A stretch of 64,000 nt of DNA, taken from positions 29,450,001 to 29,514,000 of the forward strand of contig OX638155.1 of the NCBI GenBank assembly GCA_951804945.1. Reading direction: 5' to 3'. Shown here piece after piece: positions 50,196-62,469 of this stretch (position 1 is the first letter of the stretch; every line of letters starts with the position of its first letter). The DNA is from Podarcis cretensis (lineage: Eukaryota). The notes under the pieces were generated by a model that did no database searches, had not been told where the DNA came from, and saw only the letters and a program-made list of their open reading frames with translations. The position numbers were made by a program, and so were the translations under genes.

Positions 50196-50460
50196 ATTAT
50201 TATTTACCTTCAACCTAAGGTCCCAGGGCAGGTGACAACAATTAAAACACAATGTTTAAACAGTTTAGAACAATGTACAATCACTGATAAAAGGTGGGAC
50301 CTAAAAGTGTAAATCTTAAAAGTATCAAAAGCCAGGGTAAAGAGGTGTGCCTTCTGTATTTTGCTGAAAACTGTGTGACGAAGATGCCAGGCACACCTCT
50401 GTGGGGAGGGTGTTACACAATTTATGGGCTGCCACAAATAATGGCCTCTCCCAGATTGCA
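50196..50460 (-). mobile_element. L2 LINE 3' end
   Basis: Reverse strand gives LCNTLPTEV..A and KAHLFTLAF motifs plus a terminal stem. Confidence 0.7.
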
Positions 50461-51138
50461 TCAGAGCTGTATCTAGGTGATCTTACGCCCCCTAACCATG
50501 GACAAATTAGCTCTTCTTTCTGCCTCTCCTTCAACCCCCTTCCACCCATTCAATTCCTGATGCACTTCACCTTGATATTTTTATTTATAGACATATTTAT
50601 GGACATGTTTTAGCCAATGTTGTGCCCCCCCTTGCTTGTGTCCCTGGCAGGGGCCCACCTCATCACCCCCTAGCTACAGCCCTGGGTTGCATACACCCAC
50701 CCACACACCAAGCTTCTGAGGCTGTAGGAACTACCAACAGAGCCCCTTTGCCTATCTTAATACCCAAGGGGGTCTGAAAGTAAGGAAGTATTTCAGGTGT
50801 TTGGGGCCTAAGTCATTCAGGACTTAAACACTACTGTTCCCTTGAAAGAAGGATGGAACCAAAAAATGTGGTAATAAACAAAGTGTCATTATTTCCACAG
50901 TTCTGGACTCTAATAGTCATAGTCCCATTGAATGATTTATGAAAGACTCTGTTCCAGGATGCAAAAAAAATAATAATTTGAGGGGCACATCACTAAAACA
51001 TATTAAGACCAACAGGAAAAAAAACAAAAAAAAAACCCCTGCACTGGGTGTGAGCAATGTGCCAAACATCAGGAATTTCAGCAGCCTGTGCTATTAACTT
51101 AGAAAAGTTTAATGGGATTTACTGAGTAAGTATACATT

Positions 51139-51490
51139 GGTGGCGCTGTGGGTAAAACCTCAGCGCCTAGGACTTGCCGATCGTCAAGTTGGCGGTTTGA
51201 ATCCCCGTGGCGGGGTGAGCTCCCGTTGCTCGGTCCCAACGCCTGCCAACCTAGCAGTTCGAAAGCACCCCCGGGTGCAAGTAGATAAATAGGGACCGCT
51301 TACTAGCGGGAAGGTAAACGGCGTTTCCGTGGGCTGCGCTGGCTTGCCAGATGCAGCTTGTCACGCTGGCCACGTGACCCGGAAGTGTCTGCGGACAGCG
51401 CTGGCCCCTGGCCTCTTAAGTGAGATGGGCGCACAACCCTAGAGTCGGACACGACTGGCTCATACGGGCAGGGGTACCTTTACCTTTACC
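51139..51490 (+). mobile_element. Sauria SINE, subfamily II, older variant
   Basis: TSD tataca(t/c)tgg; lacks the first ~8 nt; retains the Bov-B-identical agtcggacacgact. Confidence 0.95.
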
Positions 51491-52800
51491 TATACACTGG
51501 ATAGTGTCTAGGAGAGCTATGATTCTGCTTCCACAGAGTGATGTTGCTGTGAGACTAGATCTGGGATGAGTGGATATACCTATTTCTAGTCAATATCACT
51601 TTTTGCATCCTTCTACTCAAAATTCTGGCCTTCGTTATTCAGCCATTTTATATAAAAAAATCATCACAAAATATGTATTTATATTTGTTTTCTCCCACAA
51701 TATCATCTAAATGTGTGTTTTTTCCTCTCATCATTTTTACTTAAATGCATATTTTGATATATTTAAACTGACAACAATTGCATCACAACATTTGGAGAAG
51801 TGTGACATCCAGTGGATGTTGAAGTTCTGATCCACAGTTTAATGCAAGCAGTGCAGATGAGGTCATTTCATATAACAATTCGGAAAGAGTGAATTTTTCA
51901 AACATCTCAGACTAGCTGGCAAACAGAGGAAGCTCAGCTAATTGGATGAACGATGTTTGAATACTGAGATTCCACCAGATATCAAAGAGTTCTAGGGACA
52001 AAGAAGGTGGCAGTAGAGTGTCATTTACAAAAAGATTCTTCAAGGTTCGTGAGCTGTGAAGAACAGTGGCATAATGCAAAACTGAAAACAAAAGCAAACA
52101 CTTTTTGCAATTAAAAGATAGTAACACTGTACTCTAATTAGTTCTCTCAGGAAGTAAACATGTCTCCAGTTAAGTGAATGAGTGACAATTACTTGGATTA
52201 TTGTCATACTTAAAATGTCAGAGCTGAACGACCGCTTCCAGCTCATAAGAATAAATTCTACACATTTAGGTGTCAGAAACAATAAAGTTACATATAGACA
52301 TGTTTTAATGGACATAAAAATTCACACAGGGAGAAAGAGTCCGGCAGAACAGTGCACTAAACATGACTAATGATCGATTGGGCATGCTGTCTCCCTCAGA
52401 ATAATCACAGTTAACAAATATAAAGGAAAGTTAATCTTACGAGCACTGATTAATACCAAACTTGCACATAGTGGAGGATGGAAATCTAAGCACCACACCA
52501 GAATCACTGCTCTTGGACTGAGAGGGAGGGGCAGCAAAGAGGTTAGCGCTGTGTGGATGTGTCAGAGGGAACACAAGATTGGGTCTGCCAGTGCAGCTGC
52601 ACAACATTGACCTCCCTGCCATGTTCCTTTCCCTTTCCTGGTAAGCTGATGCGAAAAGGCCAGGTGTGCACTGCCAACAGTCCCTGCCAGCTGCTCCAGG
52701 CTATTGTCAGCATCTGACATCCTTGTGCAGTTGCTGTGGACCAGCACTCTTCTCAGGGTCTACTGCTGACACCTGTCTTGCCCATCCTCATGCTTTAAAT

Positions 52801-52935
52801 CAGGTTTCCTCAACCTCGGCCCTCCAGATGTTTTGAGACTACAATTCCCATCATCCCTGACCACTGGTCCTGCTAACTAGGGATCATGGGAGTTGTAGGC
52901 CAAAAACATCTGGAGGGCTGAGTTTGAAGAAGACC
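52801..52935. mobile_element. hAT-type fold-back MITE
   Basis: Same family as 7360 and 10197. Confidence 0.85.
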
Positions 52936-53040
52936 AAACTGCGGGAGGCAGTGGAACAGGAGGGCCTGGCGTGCTCTGGTCCATGGGGTCATGAAGAGTC
53001 GGACACGACTAAACAACTAAACAACAACTACTACTACTAC
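52932..53040 (+). mobile_element. Bov-B extreme 3' fragment with CAA/CTA tail
   Basis: gaccaaactgcgggaggcagtgg...gagtcggacacgactaaacaac. Confidence 0.92.
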
Positions 53041-53042
53041 TA

Positions 53043-53240
53043 GGCAAATGGCGTTTCTGTGTGCTCTGGCACTCACCACGGTCCTCCGTGCAACAGTAGC
53101 GGTTTAGTCACACTGGCCACACGACTCAGAAAACTGTCTGTGGACAAACGCTGGCTCCCTCAGCCTGAAAGAGAGATGAGTGCTGCAACCCCCTAGTCAC
53201 CTTTGACTGGACTTAACCATCCAGGGGTCCTTTACTTTTA
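53043..53240 (+). mobile_element. Sauria SINE subfamily III, 3' half
   Basis: Matches the reverse of 38154-38360. Confidence 0.85.
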
Positions 53241-53263
53241 TCTTTTTTTTACTATTACTAATA

Positions 53264-53470
53264 CAGGCAGAGACCATTTTACGTGCATCCGATTGATGAC
53301 CACAGACACGCCCATCACCGCAGACCCTGAAGTAACCGGAAAATGGGGCAGAATGGGGCTGGCCTTTATGGAAGTGGTTGGGGGCATAACAGGGTGGGGC
53401 AGGTTTATGCAAGTTCTGCTGATGTGTGGGGGCCAGGAATGCAACCCCCTTGCAAATGGGGAGTTGCCTG
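53264..53470. mobile_element. Old Tigger-like element
   Basis: TA-caggcag ... gagttgcctg; related to 8478-9063. Confidence 0.6.
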
Positions 53471-54961
53471 CAATAACAACAACAATAATACCAGAAGTGA
53501 AAAGCCGAAATAAAACCCTCCCCAGGCTTCTGCTCATTTTTAAAATGGGAGAGGTTGGGGCAGGAAATTGTGTCCCTTTTGCAATCTGCTGCCTGGAGCA
53601 ACTACTCCACAGTTTTTCCTAATAAAAGTGTCCCCGGAATGAATGAATGAATGAATAAGAATACCAGAATAAGCGAAGAGTACTGCCTATTCCATAAAGT
53701 GGTGAGAAAGGAAAAAGTTTTTTAAAAATATTGTATAGTGAATGTATTCCCCCCCCCCCCAACCCCACGCTCATAAAATGAATCTTTTAGGATTCCTTTT
53801 AGGAATGCTTTAAAAAAGAAAAGTCACTTTAATTGTAGTCAATGCCGACATTGATTTGCTTCACACCTGCTGTGAAATTCAATATGTGGTTGTGTGATGG
53901 GGACACAAAAGTGTGTTTTTCTGCTGCAGAACACACCAACTGCGATGATTTATCATATGATTGCTGTGTCATTAATTTTGTCTATACTATAGGAGATACT
54001 TATTGCTACCTTGTCATTTTGTTTAATGAAGAAACAACATGGCTGCAAGCCTTCTTCATTGTGCTAGGCCAGGAAACTATTTTCATTTAAACATACCATA
54101 ATTTGCTAATTGCTTATGTTCCCAGTATCTCAAACATTGCTTCTGGCGTAAAGACTTCCTATTAAAAAAAAAAGAAAGGAAAGGAAAGAAGCAGACACAC
54201 TGCCAATTAATTAAATAGCAAAGCAACTATGCCTACGTATTCCAAAAAGCATCTCTAGCAGTGAATGGTAGGTGAAAAAATCAATGACCTGCATGCACGT
54301 CTGTGTCTGATATTTTGTGTGTCGACACATGTAAAAGGGGCTTTGCTTCTTATGTAAATCCCAATTTGCATGCAGAACCAATTGTGAGCTTGCATAAACG
54401 TAAAGAACAGCTTGGAAAAGAGAGCATAATTGACAGAGTGTTGCTGAGAGAAAGCATGAGAAACTGTGGCTCAGATCCAGGCCTGTCCTTGACTTCTTCA
54501 GCAAGAGAATGGGGCAGATAATGAACTATCTCACAGGGTTACCATGAGGATGGATCAGATAAGAACTGCAATGGACATTGAAATCCCATTTAAGACAGCG
54601 GTTTTCAAAAAATCTTACCTCAGGGATTTAATATCCACCAGAAACCTATCAGAGCATTGTCACTAAGGCATTTGGGAATGGTGGACACAAGAGTCTGTTT
54701 GTGTCCTGATTTTCTCTGCAATATATAGCCATGGGAGAGTGTTCTGGGACAAATTCATTTGGTGTAGAACAGGAGTACCATTCTCTTAGGTTGGGTCTGT
54801 ACACGCAGCAAAATGAAGTGGAAATGAGATCCTGCTTCAGGCTGGGGATTATAACATTCTAATGTTCTCCCACTAAAAAACACCCTTGCAAACAGAAAGT
54901 GAGCGCACCAGGGCGAAATGTTCTAGCCTGCTTTTCCTTGTGGCGAATGTTTCATGTAGAG

Positions 54962-55065
54962 CAGGGTTTCCAAAACTTGGGTCTTCAGCTGTTTTGGACT
55001 ACAATTCCCACTGGTTGTGCTAGCTAGGGATGATGGGAGTTGTAGTCAAAAACAGCTGGAGACCT
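54962..55065. mobile_element. hAT-type fold-back MITE, partial
   Basis: cagctgttttggactacaattccca / tgggagttgtagtcaaaaacagctg. Confidence 0.8.
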
Positions 55066-55929
55066 CTGTTTCAACAGGAATCAGTGAGCAGCCTTCCATT
55101 CCATACTTCCTCTTGACTCCATTTTTCATAACTCATAGAACTAAAAGAGAGGGGAAAGTACCCAAAACAAATTTAGGTGTTGTTGTTTTTTAATTTGCTC
55201 CCTATCACTCACAGAAGGTTTTATAGTAAACAGCATGGGAGATAATGGAAGGTAAAATTTCCATCTCAAAAGGCTTGATTCATCCAAATTATTGGGACAA
55301 TCGCTTAGGTTAAATATTTAGCCCAGAAGGCAGTATAAAATTTCATCAAAATTCAAGCCATGCATAAATGATCTCAACCTGCAGCATCTATTTACTCCAG
55401 ACAACATGCCAGTCACATTTCTCACACAGCAGATTGGAAGTAATGATCAAACAGATAAGGATGAAAGACTAAACGTGCCATGCCACCCATATATAATTCA
55501 GTTGGAGGCAAACCTATTAATAGTGTCCTGAAACAGCTTACAGGGTTGTTGTTGTTGTTGCTGTTGTTTCCCAGGCAATTGAAAAATTTGTGTCAGCTAT
55601 TACAGAAAAGGAAGGGGGAAACAGTAAAAAAGCTAATGAAAAACATGTGGCATATACAAAGAAGCCAGATTTGGAGGTTGGGGGATGATTTAGCAAAGCT
55701 GTAGGATGCTTTTTGGTAGGTCATTGAAAACAAATGTGCTGCTAGGAAACAGACATTGGAATATGTTCAGGATGATGAGAGCAATAAATGTCCCTCAAAT
55801 GAGAGATGTTCATTTAGGTGGCTTGGTACATGTGCACATATATTTTCTATCTGCCACACATGTGAGGATGAGGGAAAAATTGTTCCAGTTCACATTCAGA
55901 GGCAGGCCTTTCTAACTCACATTTTCTGA

Positions 55930-56518
55930 GGCCGCATTTGCATGATACAGTCATACCTTGGGTTGCGAACATGATCCGTGCAGGAGGCACGTTCGCAACC
56001 CGCAGCATTCACAACCCGCAGCGCATGCGCGTGACACGATTTAGTCTTCTGTGCATGCACATGATGTCATTTTGTGATTCTGTGCATGCGCGAGCGCCGA
56101 AACCCAGAAGTAACCCATTCCGGTACTTCCAGGTTCGGTACGGTCCGCAAGCCGAAAACGCACAACCCGCAGCATTCGTAACCCGAGGTATGACTGTACA
56201 TTTAAAGCACTATGATACCACTTTAAACTGTCATGGCTTCCCTCAAAGAATTATGGGAGCTGCAGTTGGTTAAGCGTGCTGAGAGTTGTTAAGAGATGCC
56301 ACAATTCCCTTACAGAGCTGAAATTCCAATAGTGGTTTAATGGTCAATCCCTCTTCTCAGGGAACTCTGGGAACTGTAGCTCCGTGAGGGGAATGTGGAG
56401 GTCTCCTAAAAACTCTCACCATGCTTAACAAACGGCAGCTCCCAGAATTCTTTGAGGGAAGGCCATGACTGTTTAAAGTGGTATCATAGTGCTTTAAATG
56501 TGAAGTGTGAATGTGGAC
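55930..56518. mobile_element. PIF/Harbinger-type fold-back MITE with a nested Tigger-like MITE
   Basis: Perfect 30-bp inverted arms at 56199-56228 and 56471-56500; termini ggccgcatt / aatgtggac; 3-bp flanks tga/taa. Confidence 0.75.
55948..56196. mobile_element. Tigger/pogo-like MITE
   Basis: TA-cagtcataccttgggttgcgaa / ttcgtaacccgaggtatgactg-TA. Confidence 0.9.
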
Positions 56519-56604
56519 TAAAACAATGTGTGGGCAAAAACACATCCATCTTTCAAAAGCCGTGCTTCTCTTAATTTTGCAACGCAATCCTCCAGCCAAG
56601 ATGT

Positions 56605-56848
56605 GTGTACCAAAAAAATGCATATACTAGGGCAAAGTGTGCATAGGAATGCATATATTGGTGAAAATAACATTTAAAAATACGCTATCTTGAGAGGAAT
56701 TGCATACAAGCATATGTTTATCATGAGAAATTTGATGATTAATTTTCATGAGGACTTAAAGGGGGGAGAGTAAATCTCAAACTGATGTGGAAAGGACTGG
56801 GGGAAAAGGAAATTGAGGGAATCCAAAATTGGCGGATTCATCTATCCT
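56605..56848 (+). mobile_element. hAT-Ac-like AT-rich element, partial
   Basis: Homologous to 48960-49213. Confidence 0.6.
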
Positions 56849-59172
56849 GACACACATATCACTGTTTAGTGTAATATTTTGAATCAGTCCTCTGTGGCCT
56901 GGAGATAGGATGGGGAAGAAAAGGACATACAGAAACTAGGATTGGGGGAAAATATTTAGGCAGGCTACATCACACAGCTGGACAGTTCATAGCATGGACC
57001 TGCCCAAGCCCAGAGCTCTTTATGACAGCTGAGTGACAGGAAGCTGCAGCTACATAGGAACTGCACTGGGAGTGATGGTTATATATGCAATCATGTGCCA
57101 AAGGATGGGTGTCTTTTCGTGTAATGCAAACTTCTGTGAACTAATTCAGAGTGAAAAACAAGCTGCTTTCCTTTTTGGGAGGCTTGAACTTGATCTAAAT
57201 TCAAATCCATTTAACCCAAGGAGGTAAAGTAAAAGACAAAGAGAAATATCATATTCACCTCAAGAAAGATCCCTTGAGATCCCGCTCACCTCAGGCGAGA
57301 TAGGGCTCAGCAAAGGTCACCATTTGGGAACCAAGATGTGACATAATTTAGCACCCCGGATAAGTCCAGTGTCAGACTGGAAAAGAAATGGCTTTTTTTC
57401 TTTCCTGTCTTCTCCCATTTAATGCAAAGCAGTAAACGAAAATGCTACAAGGCACTCATGCTGGCATGACAAATTTCAAGTCAATAAGTCTTTCTTGCTG
57501 TTGCCAAGATGTACACTGAGATTTGGTGCTTGGCATTCAAAATTAGATAACCTTCCTTGAGTAACTACATTCACTGTATCTACAAGAACGAGGAATAAAT
57601 CAACAATAATTGAAGTACTAAAAGTGTCTAATTTCCAGCACAGTGCTTCAAGCAACAACTGAAATTAAAAAACTGTTAAAACGCAGCTACATACCCATAC
57701 GATCTTGTCATGAATGCACTGAAGCAGAGGTTAAGAAAAAAAGAATAAATATGCATTCTTAGTTGAAAGTAATGTTCTTCCATAAACGGGTGGGATGAAT
57801 TGAGGAAATGTCAGGTCTCATGTGAGTACCATGCACCTCATAGGCAAAGATTCTGTATGAACATCTCTCAAGCAAGAAATGGAATGGCTGTTGTGCATAG
57901 GCTTTGCATAGGTAGCAGTGGGGATGGGCTGTTGTGTAAACCTGGTTCTCCAGTCCCACGTTCAACACTTTTAACCAATATTCAATAACTTACGACTCCC
58001 AGAGTCATTTCTGGGATGTGTCTTCCCCCTGGAGCACTGAATCATAGGATCCATCTGCAAAGGAGCCAAAATTCACATCTGAAACTCCATCAAGTGGACA
58101 GCACATTTAAAAATGCTTTTACCTGCTGAGCCGGCTTCTATTTTTAAGCTGCTGCTGTATTCCTTTTGTGGGATTGCTTAGATTTTAATCACCATAAGCT
58201 GCCCTGAGTAACGTGAATGCACTAGAAGGGTGGGGTAAAACAAGTGTAACTCATCACCTGAATCCTTTTTCAGGTAATGCCCACTGTTCCCACCCCTGTC
58301 CTTAATGAGATCATCTTCTGTATTATATATCATGCCCACCAGAAAGTCTTTTCCCTATAGCTGTGACCTTTGGTCCCCACTTTGTTCATTCCCTTGGGTT
58401 TTGTATTCACTGGACAGCTCCACCTCTACTCTCCCCGCCCCCAGATGCTCCAACCCCTCTGAATTGCTGCAGGAGCCAAACTTTTTCAGCTTTACCTAGT
58501 TCCCTTCCCTTTCTTCATCTCCCTGTCCCCATGATTTTAAACTGTGTTTCTTGGTTTTGTTCAGATTAGTCAAGACCCACGCAGGAAACCTTTGCCTATT
58601 TTTAACCACATCCATAAGGAGCTTTCCTAACAGTAGTGGACTGTGTGGTGGGAAAGGGGAAGAGGAAGCCTGAATGCATCTGGGATTGGGAAGAGAAACA
58701 AACTATGGTTAAGGAAAGGCACTGAGTTCACACATAACAACATGCAATAGTTAAGTCAAGGTTCACTAGCCAACAACAAACCAGGGACGAACGTTGGTCT
58801 TTCAAATTTCAGCAGCACCCTGTGTGAGGCCATAGTTTGGCACCCTCATCCAGCCTCCTGCTTTCTGTTCTGCTCAATTCACTACGTCATAGTTCTTTTG
58901 CCCTGTGACACCCCCTAGGCTTCGTGCTCAGGTCAGCAGAATCAGTCGTGCTGCTCTAAATCCGTCTCTGAACAAACCATAGCTTCAGATCATCATTTGA
59001 GGGCAGTAAACAAGCTACAGTCAAGCTGCTGGGCAAGGTTAGAACATAATGTTTAATAAACCATAGTTTAATAAAGCATGGCTTAGCATTATGTTTGGAC
59101 TTGGTGAATGTCTCAGGGTCCACACTTGAACTTTATCTTCTAGTTCCTTTTAGTTTCTGTCCAGTGTCATTA

Positions 59173-59414
59173 CAGTGGTACCTCGGGTTAAGAACTTAAT
59201 TCATTCTGGAGGTCCATTCTTAACCTGAAACTGTTCTTAACCTGAGGTACCACTTTAGCTAATGGGGCCTCCCGCTGCCACTGTGCTGCCGGCACACGAT
59301 TTCTGTTGTCATCCTGAAGCAAAGTTCTTAACCCGAGGTACTATTTCTGGGTTAGCGGAGTCTGCAACCTGAAGCGTCTGCAACCTGAAGCATCTGTAAC
59401 CCGAGATACCACTG
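59173..59414. mobile_element. Tigger/pogo-like MITE
   Basis: TA-cagtggtacctcgggtta / taacccgagataccactg-TA; reverse copy of the 3778 family. Confidence 0.92.
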
Positions 59415-60509
59415 TACTGCAATACGAACATCCTGTTTTCTGTATTAAAAGGTTTTGGTTTTTTTAAGCCATTTGGTAGTATGCTTCTTCAAATTAAAAG
59501 ATTTTGAATGTGGGCACTTCAATCAGAAAAAAACAACAGTGCCAAAACACAACAGAACACTCAGACAGTACATTTTGAGTTGAGAGCCAAAACAAATAAA
59601 ATTAGGGAACCATCTCCATCTCATATGGTATACATAGCTGCTCAAGGTGCTTGCACTTCCTTAATGTAAAGGGAATTTCAAAGGGGACTGGCTTTACAGG
59701 CAAGCAATGCCTAGGATAAACATCAGAGGCTAATTTAAAGCTCTATAAAAATGCTCCACCATGTACAGTATATCTGATAGGGAGACATTAGTTTTTACAC
59801 TTTGATTGAAAAGTTAAAGGGGGAAGCGGTTGTTTCTCAGAGAAAAAACAACTTTTAAAAAACAGCACTCAGGCATGCTGCAAGCAAGGATGATTGAACC
59901 AGAGGATTTTGTCTCTCACGTGGCCAAGCTAAATCCTGCAAAAGCAAACTGCACAGAGTGTTTTCAATCATTATACCTCAGTGGAAAACTAAAAATCAAA
60001 AGTGGGCAAGATCTAGGAATGAGCACTAGGAGCCTCCTCCGCCCCCTGACCGGCCGCCTGCCTAAATCACACCAGTGCGCTCCCTCGTCTCTTTAAAGCT
60101 CAGCTAGAGAATGTAATTCACACCTCTGTAACATTCGTGAACAACTGCTGCAAATTCCCAGTTTACAGGGCTTCCTGTTAAATCAAGAGACAGATAAAGT
60201 ATAGTTTTATTCACAATTGAACAAGCAGGCCTTTAAACACATCCTGTACATATAATCCATTTGCCTATCCTCTTTCCCTCTTCCCAGATTCTCTTCTGCC
60301 TGCCAGAGCCATTTCAAGATGATCTGCAAAGACCAAAAACAACAACAACATTTCCTGCTCCCTGCTAACCCCAAGTAGTCAGATGTTCCAAGATCAGTTT
60401 TGGACCAGAACTGAAAATAAAGACAAAAGGAGTGAGGTATGGGTTGAACTTGGGGCATATTTAGGAATTGCAAGACTCTCTGCAGAGGGGGAAATAACAA
60501 TATGGGATG

Positions 60510-60884
60510 GGTAGCTAATGTAAAGGAAATCCGTTGACCTGCACTTCAAGAACCAATCCCCCTGCCCAGGGTGAGGGACATGATACATTATTGCCCGTTT
60601 ACGCATTGTGAAGAGAATAAGAACTTACGGGGTTAAACAGTTCTGAGTGACGTCTCACATTCTGAGGCGTGGCCATGTTCGCAGAGGGGAGTGTTTCTCT
60701 GTGTCTTTTTTTCTTTCGCTTTTGCGGCGAGGCAGCAAGATGTGCGCTCTCTCGCCGGGCTGATTTATGATGTTTTTTCTACACGATTAAAGACTGTTAG
60801 AGATAAGCAAGAACGCTTGCATGCAGTCTGATTTATTACACACACACTGCAACAGTTTTCTACCGCTGCGACGACTCTGCTACA
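60510..60884 (+). mobile_element. Solo LTR (Gypsy-like)
   Basis: (g)gtagc...gctaCA ends, 5-bp TSD gga(t/a)g, ATTAAA near 60786, CpG-rich. Confidence 0.6.
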
Positions 60885-61237
60885 GGAAGCTGACGGAGAG
60901 CTATCCACAGGAGTCCAGTGGGGCACAGGGAAGCGTGCCGGACTCCATCCAAAAAGCCACACGCATGACATACAATTAAGGATTGTAGGGAAGCCCCTTC
61001 CCTCCTGAGGGTCCACAATTCTGATCAGGTAGATGTTCCATATCCAGCCCACAGGACCCACAGCCCAGAGCAACTGGTCTCAGGAAATGCCCATCATCCT
61101 GTAGGGATGGTGTACAACAAAAAAAGCTAGAAGCCCCTAAGGTGTTTCTTGATCCTGCAGGATTATTTAGATGGCTCTGAGTGCTGATGGTGTTGTATGA
61201 GATGTACTAAAGATAATGTACAAAAGCACATCCCTTG

Positions 61238-61394
61238 GAATCATAGAATGGTAGAGCTGGATCCCTACCCCAGGGGTCCTCTGGTCCAACACCCTGAAAT
61301 GTAGGAATCCTGTCCACAACTGTCCCTGTGTGGGTTCGAACCACCAACTTTCTGGTTAACTGGCAGGTGAACTGACCCGCTGCACCACAAGGGG
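61238..61394 (-). mobile_element. tRNA-Asn-derived SINE with a CR1 3' tail
   Basis: Reverse strand: tgtggtgcagcgg...gttaaccagaaagttggtggttcgaacccacacagggac (tRNA-Asn-GTT-like), then a CR1-like tail ending attctatgattc. Confidence 0.75.
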
Positions 61395-62469
61395 GCCGTT
61401 TGGTGGGGGAGCACAGTTTGATGGATCCCTATTCTTTGCCAACACACTGCCATATTTAAGATGAAGAAGGGGTTCTCTTTGATGATTTTGGGGGGTCTTC
61501 TCACCTTCCATTGTAGCATGTGAATGTTTGCTTGCTTGCTTGAACTGACCATTGGCTATTGTCTGGGTGGTTGGTGGGAAGTGAATTCTAAGACACTTGT
61601 CCTGGAGGCACTTCTAGCATTCATGAATATATGAAATTCCCTTATACTGAATCAGGCCATTGGTTCATCTAGCTGTCTTCTCTGTAGGTCTCCAAGATCT
61701 CATGTAGACAGCCTAGCCAATTCTACTATCTGTGTTCTTTCTGAATAGAGATGCCAGGAGCCATCTGCATACAAACTGTGTGATCTGCTGTTGAGCGGTG
61801 ATATCAGCCCCATGCTCCTCGTGGTCTCTCTTCTTACAGCTCATACTAACCTGGGTGAAATGGGACATTACAGAACATCTGGATGATATTGAACCGATAG
61901 GAATGTTTGTACTAATAGAAACCTCCCTCAAGCTGGAATAAATGACTTTGAAGCCTCTTTCATCTCTGTTGTTCTATGATTCTACAGGTACTAGCATATC
62001 CTCTGGAATAATCCTATTACAGTAAATGGGATTTCTTCATAATGAATAGACTCTGAGCTACAACTCTGACTCACATGCAAATTAATATTCCCCAAATATT
62101 TGCAGTGCTGCAGCTTAATCTTGTACCCCTTAATAAGAGCCAGAAGCTCCTTACAGCACTTTTGTTTGTAGTTCTCTTAAAAGGGAAATGTTGGGCTTAA
62201 CATGATTTTTCTTGTTCCTTATTGTTTATTTTCATCACTTATTTGGTTTCACATGAAATGCATCACAACCCTCATATCAACCATCCTCTCAGCGGGCCTT
62301 TGAAACAGATAGTTGTTGCCAATTTGGGGATGAAAAGCTGAGGATGGTGCGCAGCAATTTATTCATTACAACGATTCACTTACTTGCATGGAACTTGTGA
62401 GGTCTAATCCCATCCCATGCACCTAAAGATGGTTACAGTCCCATCCACTGACTTCAGGAAATTGGAGAA

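Noticed and set aside
54619-54715. Minus-strand exon-like segment (ttgcAG ... GAG|gtaaga)
   Set aside because: Stops in all frames, poor pyrimidine tract, no other support.
62384-62422. 39-nt micro-exon candidate
   Set aside because: Weak acceptor and a stop in the OFCC1 phase.
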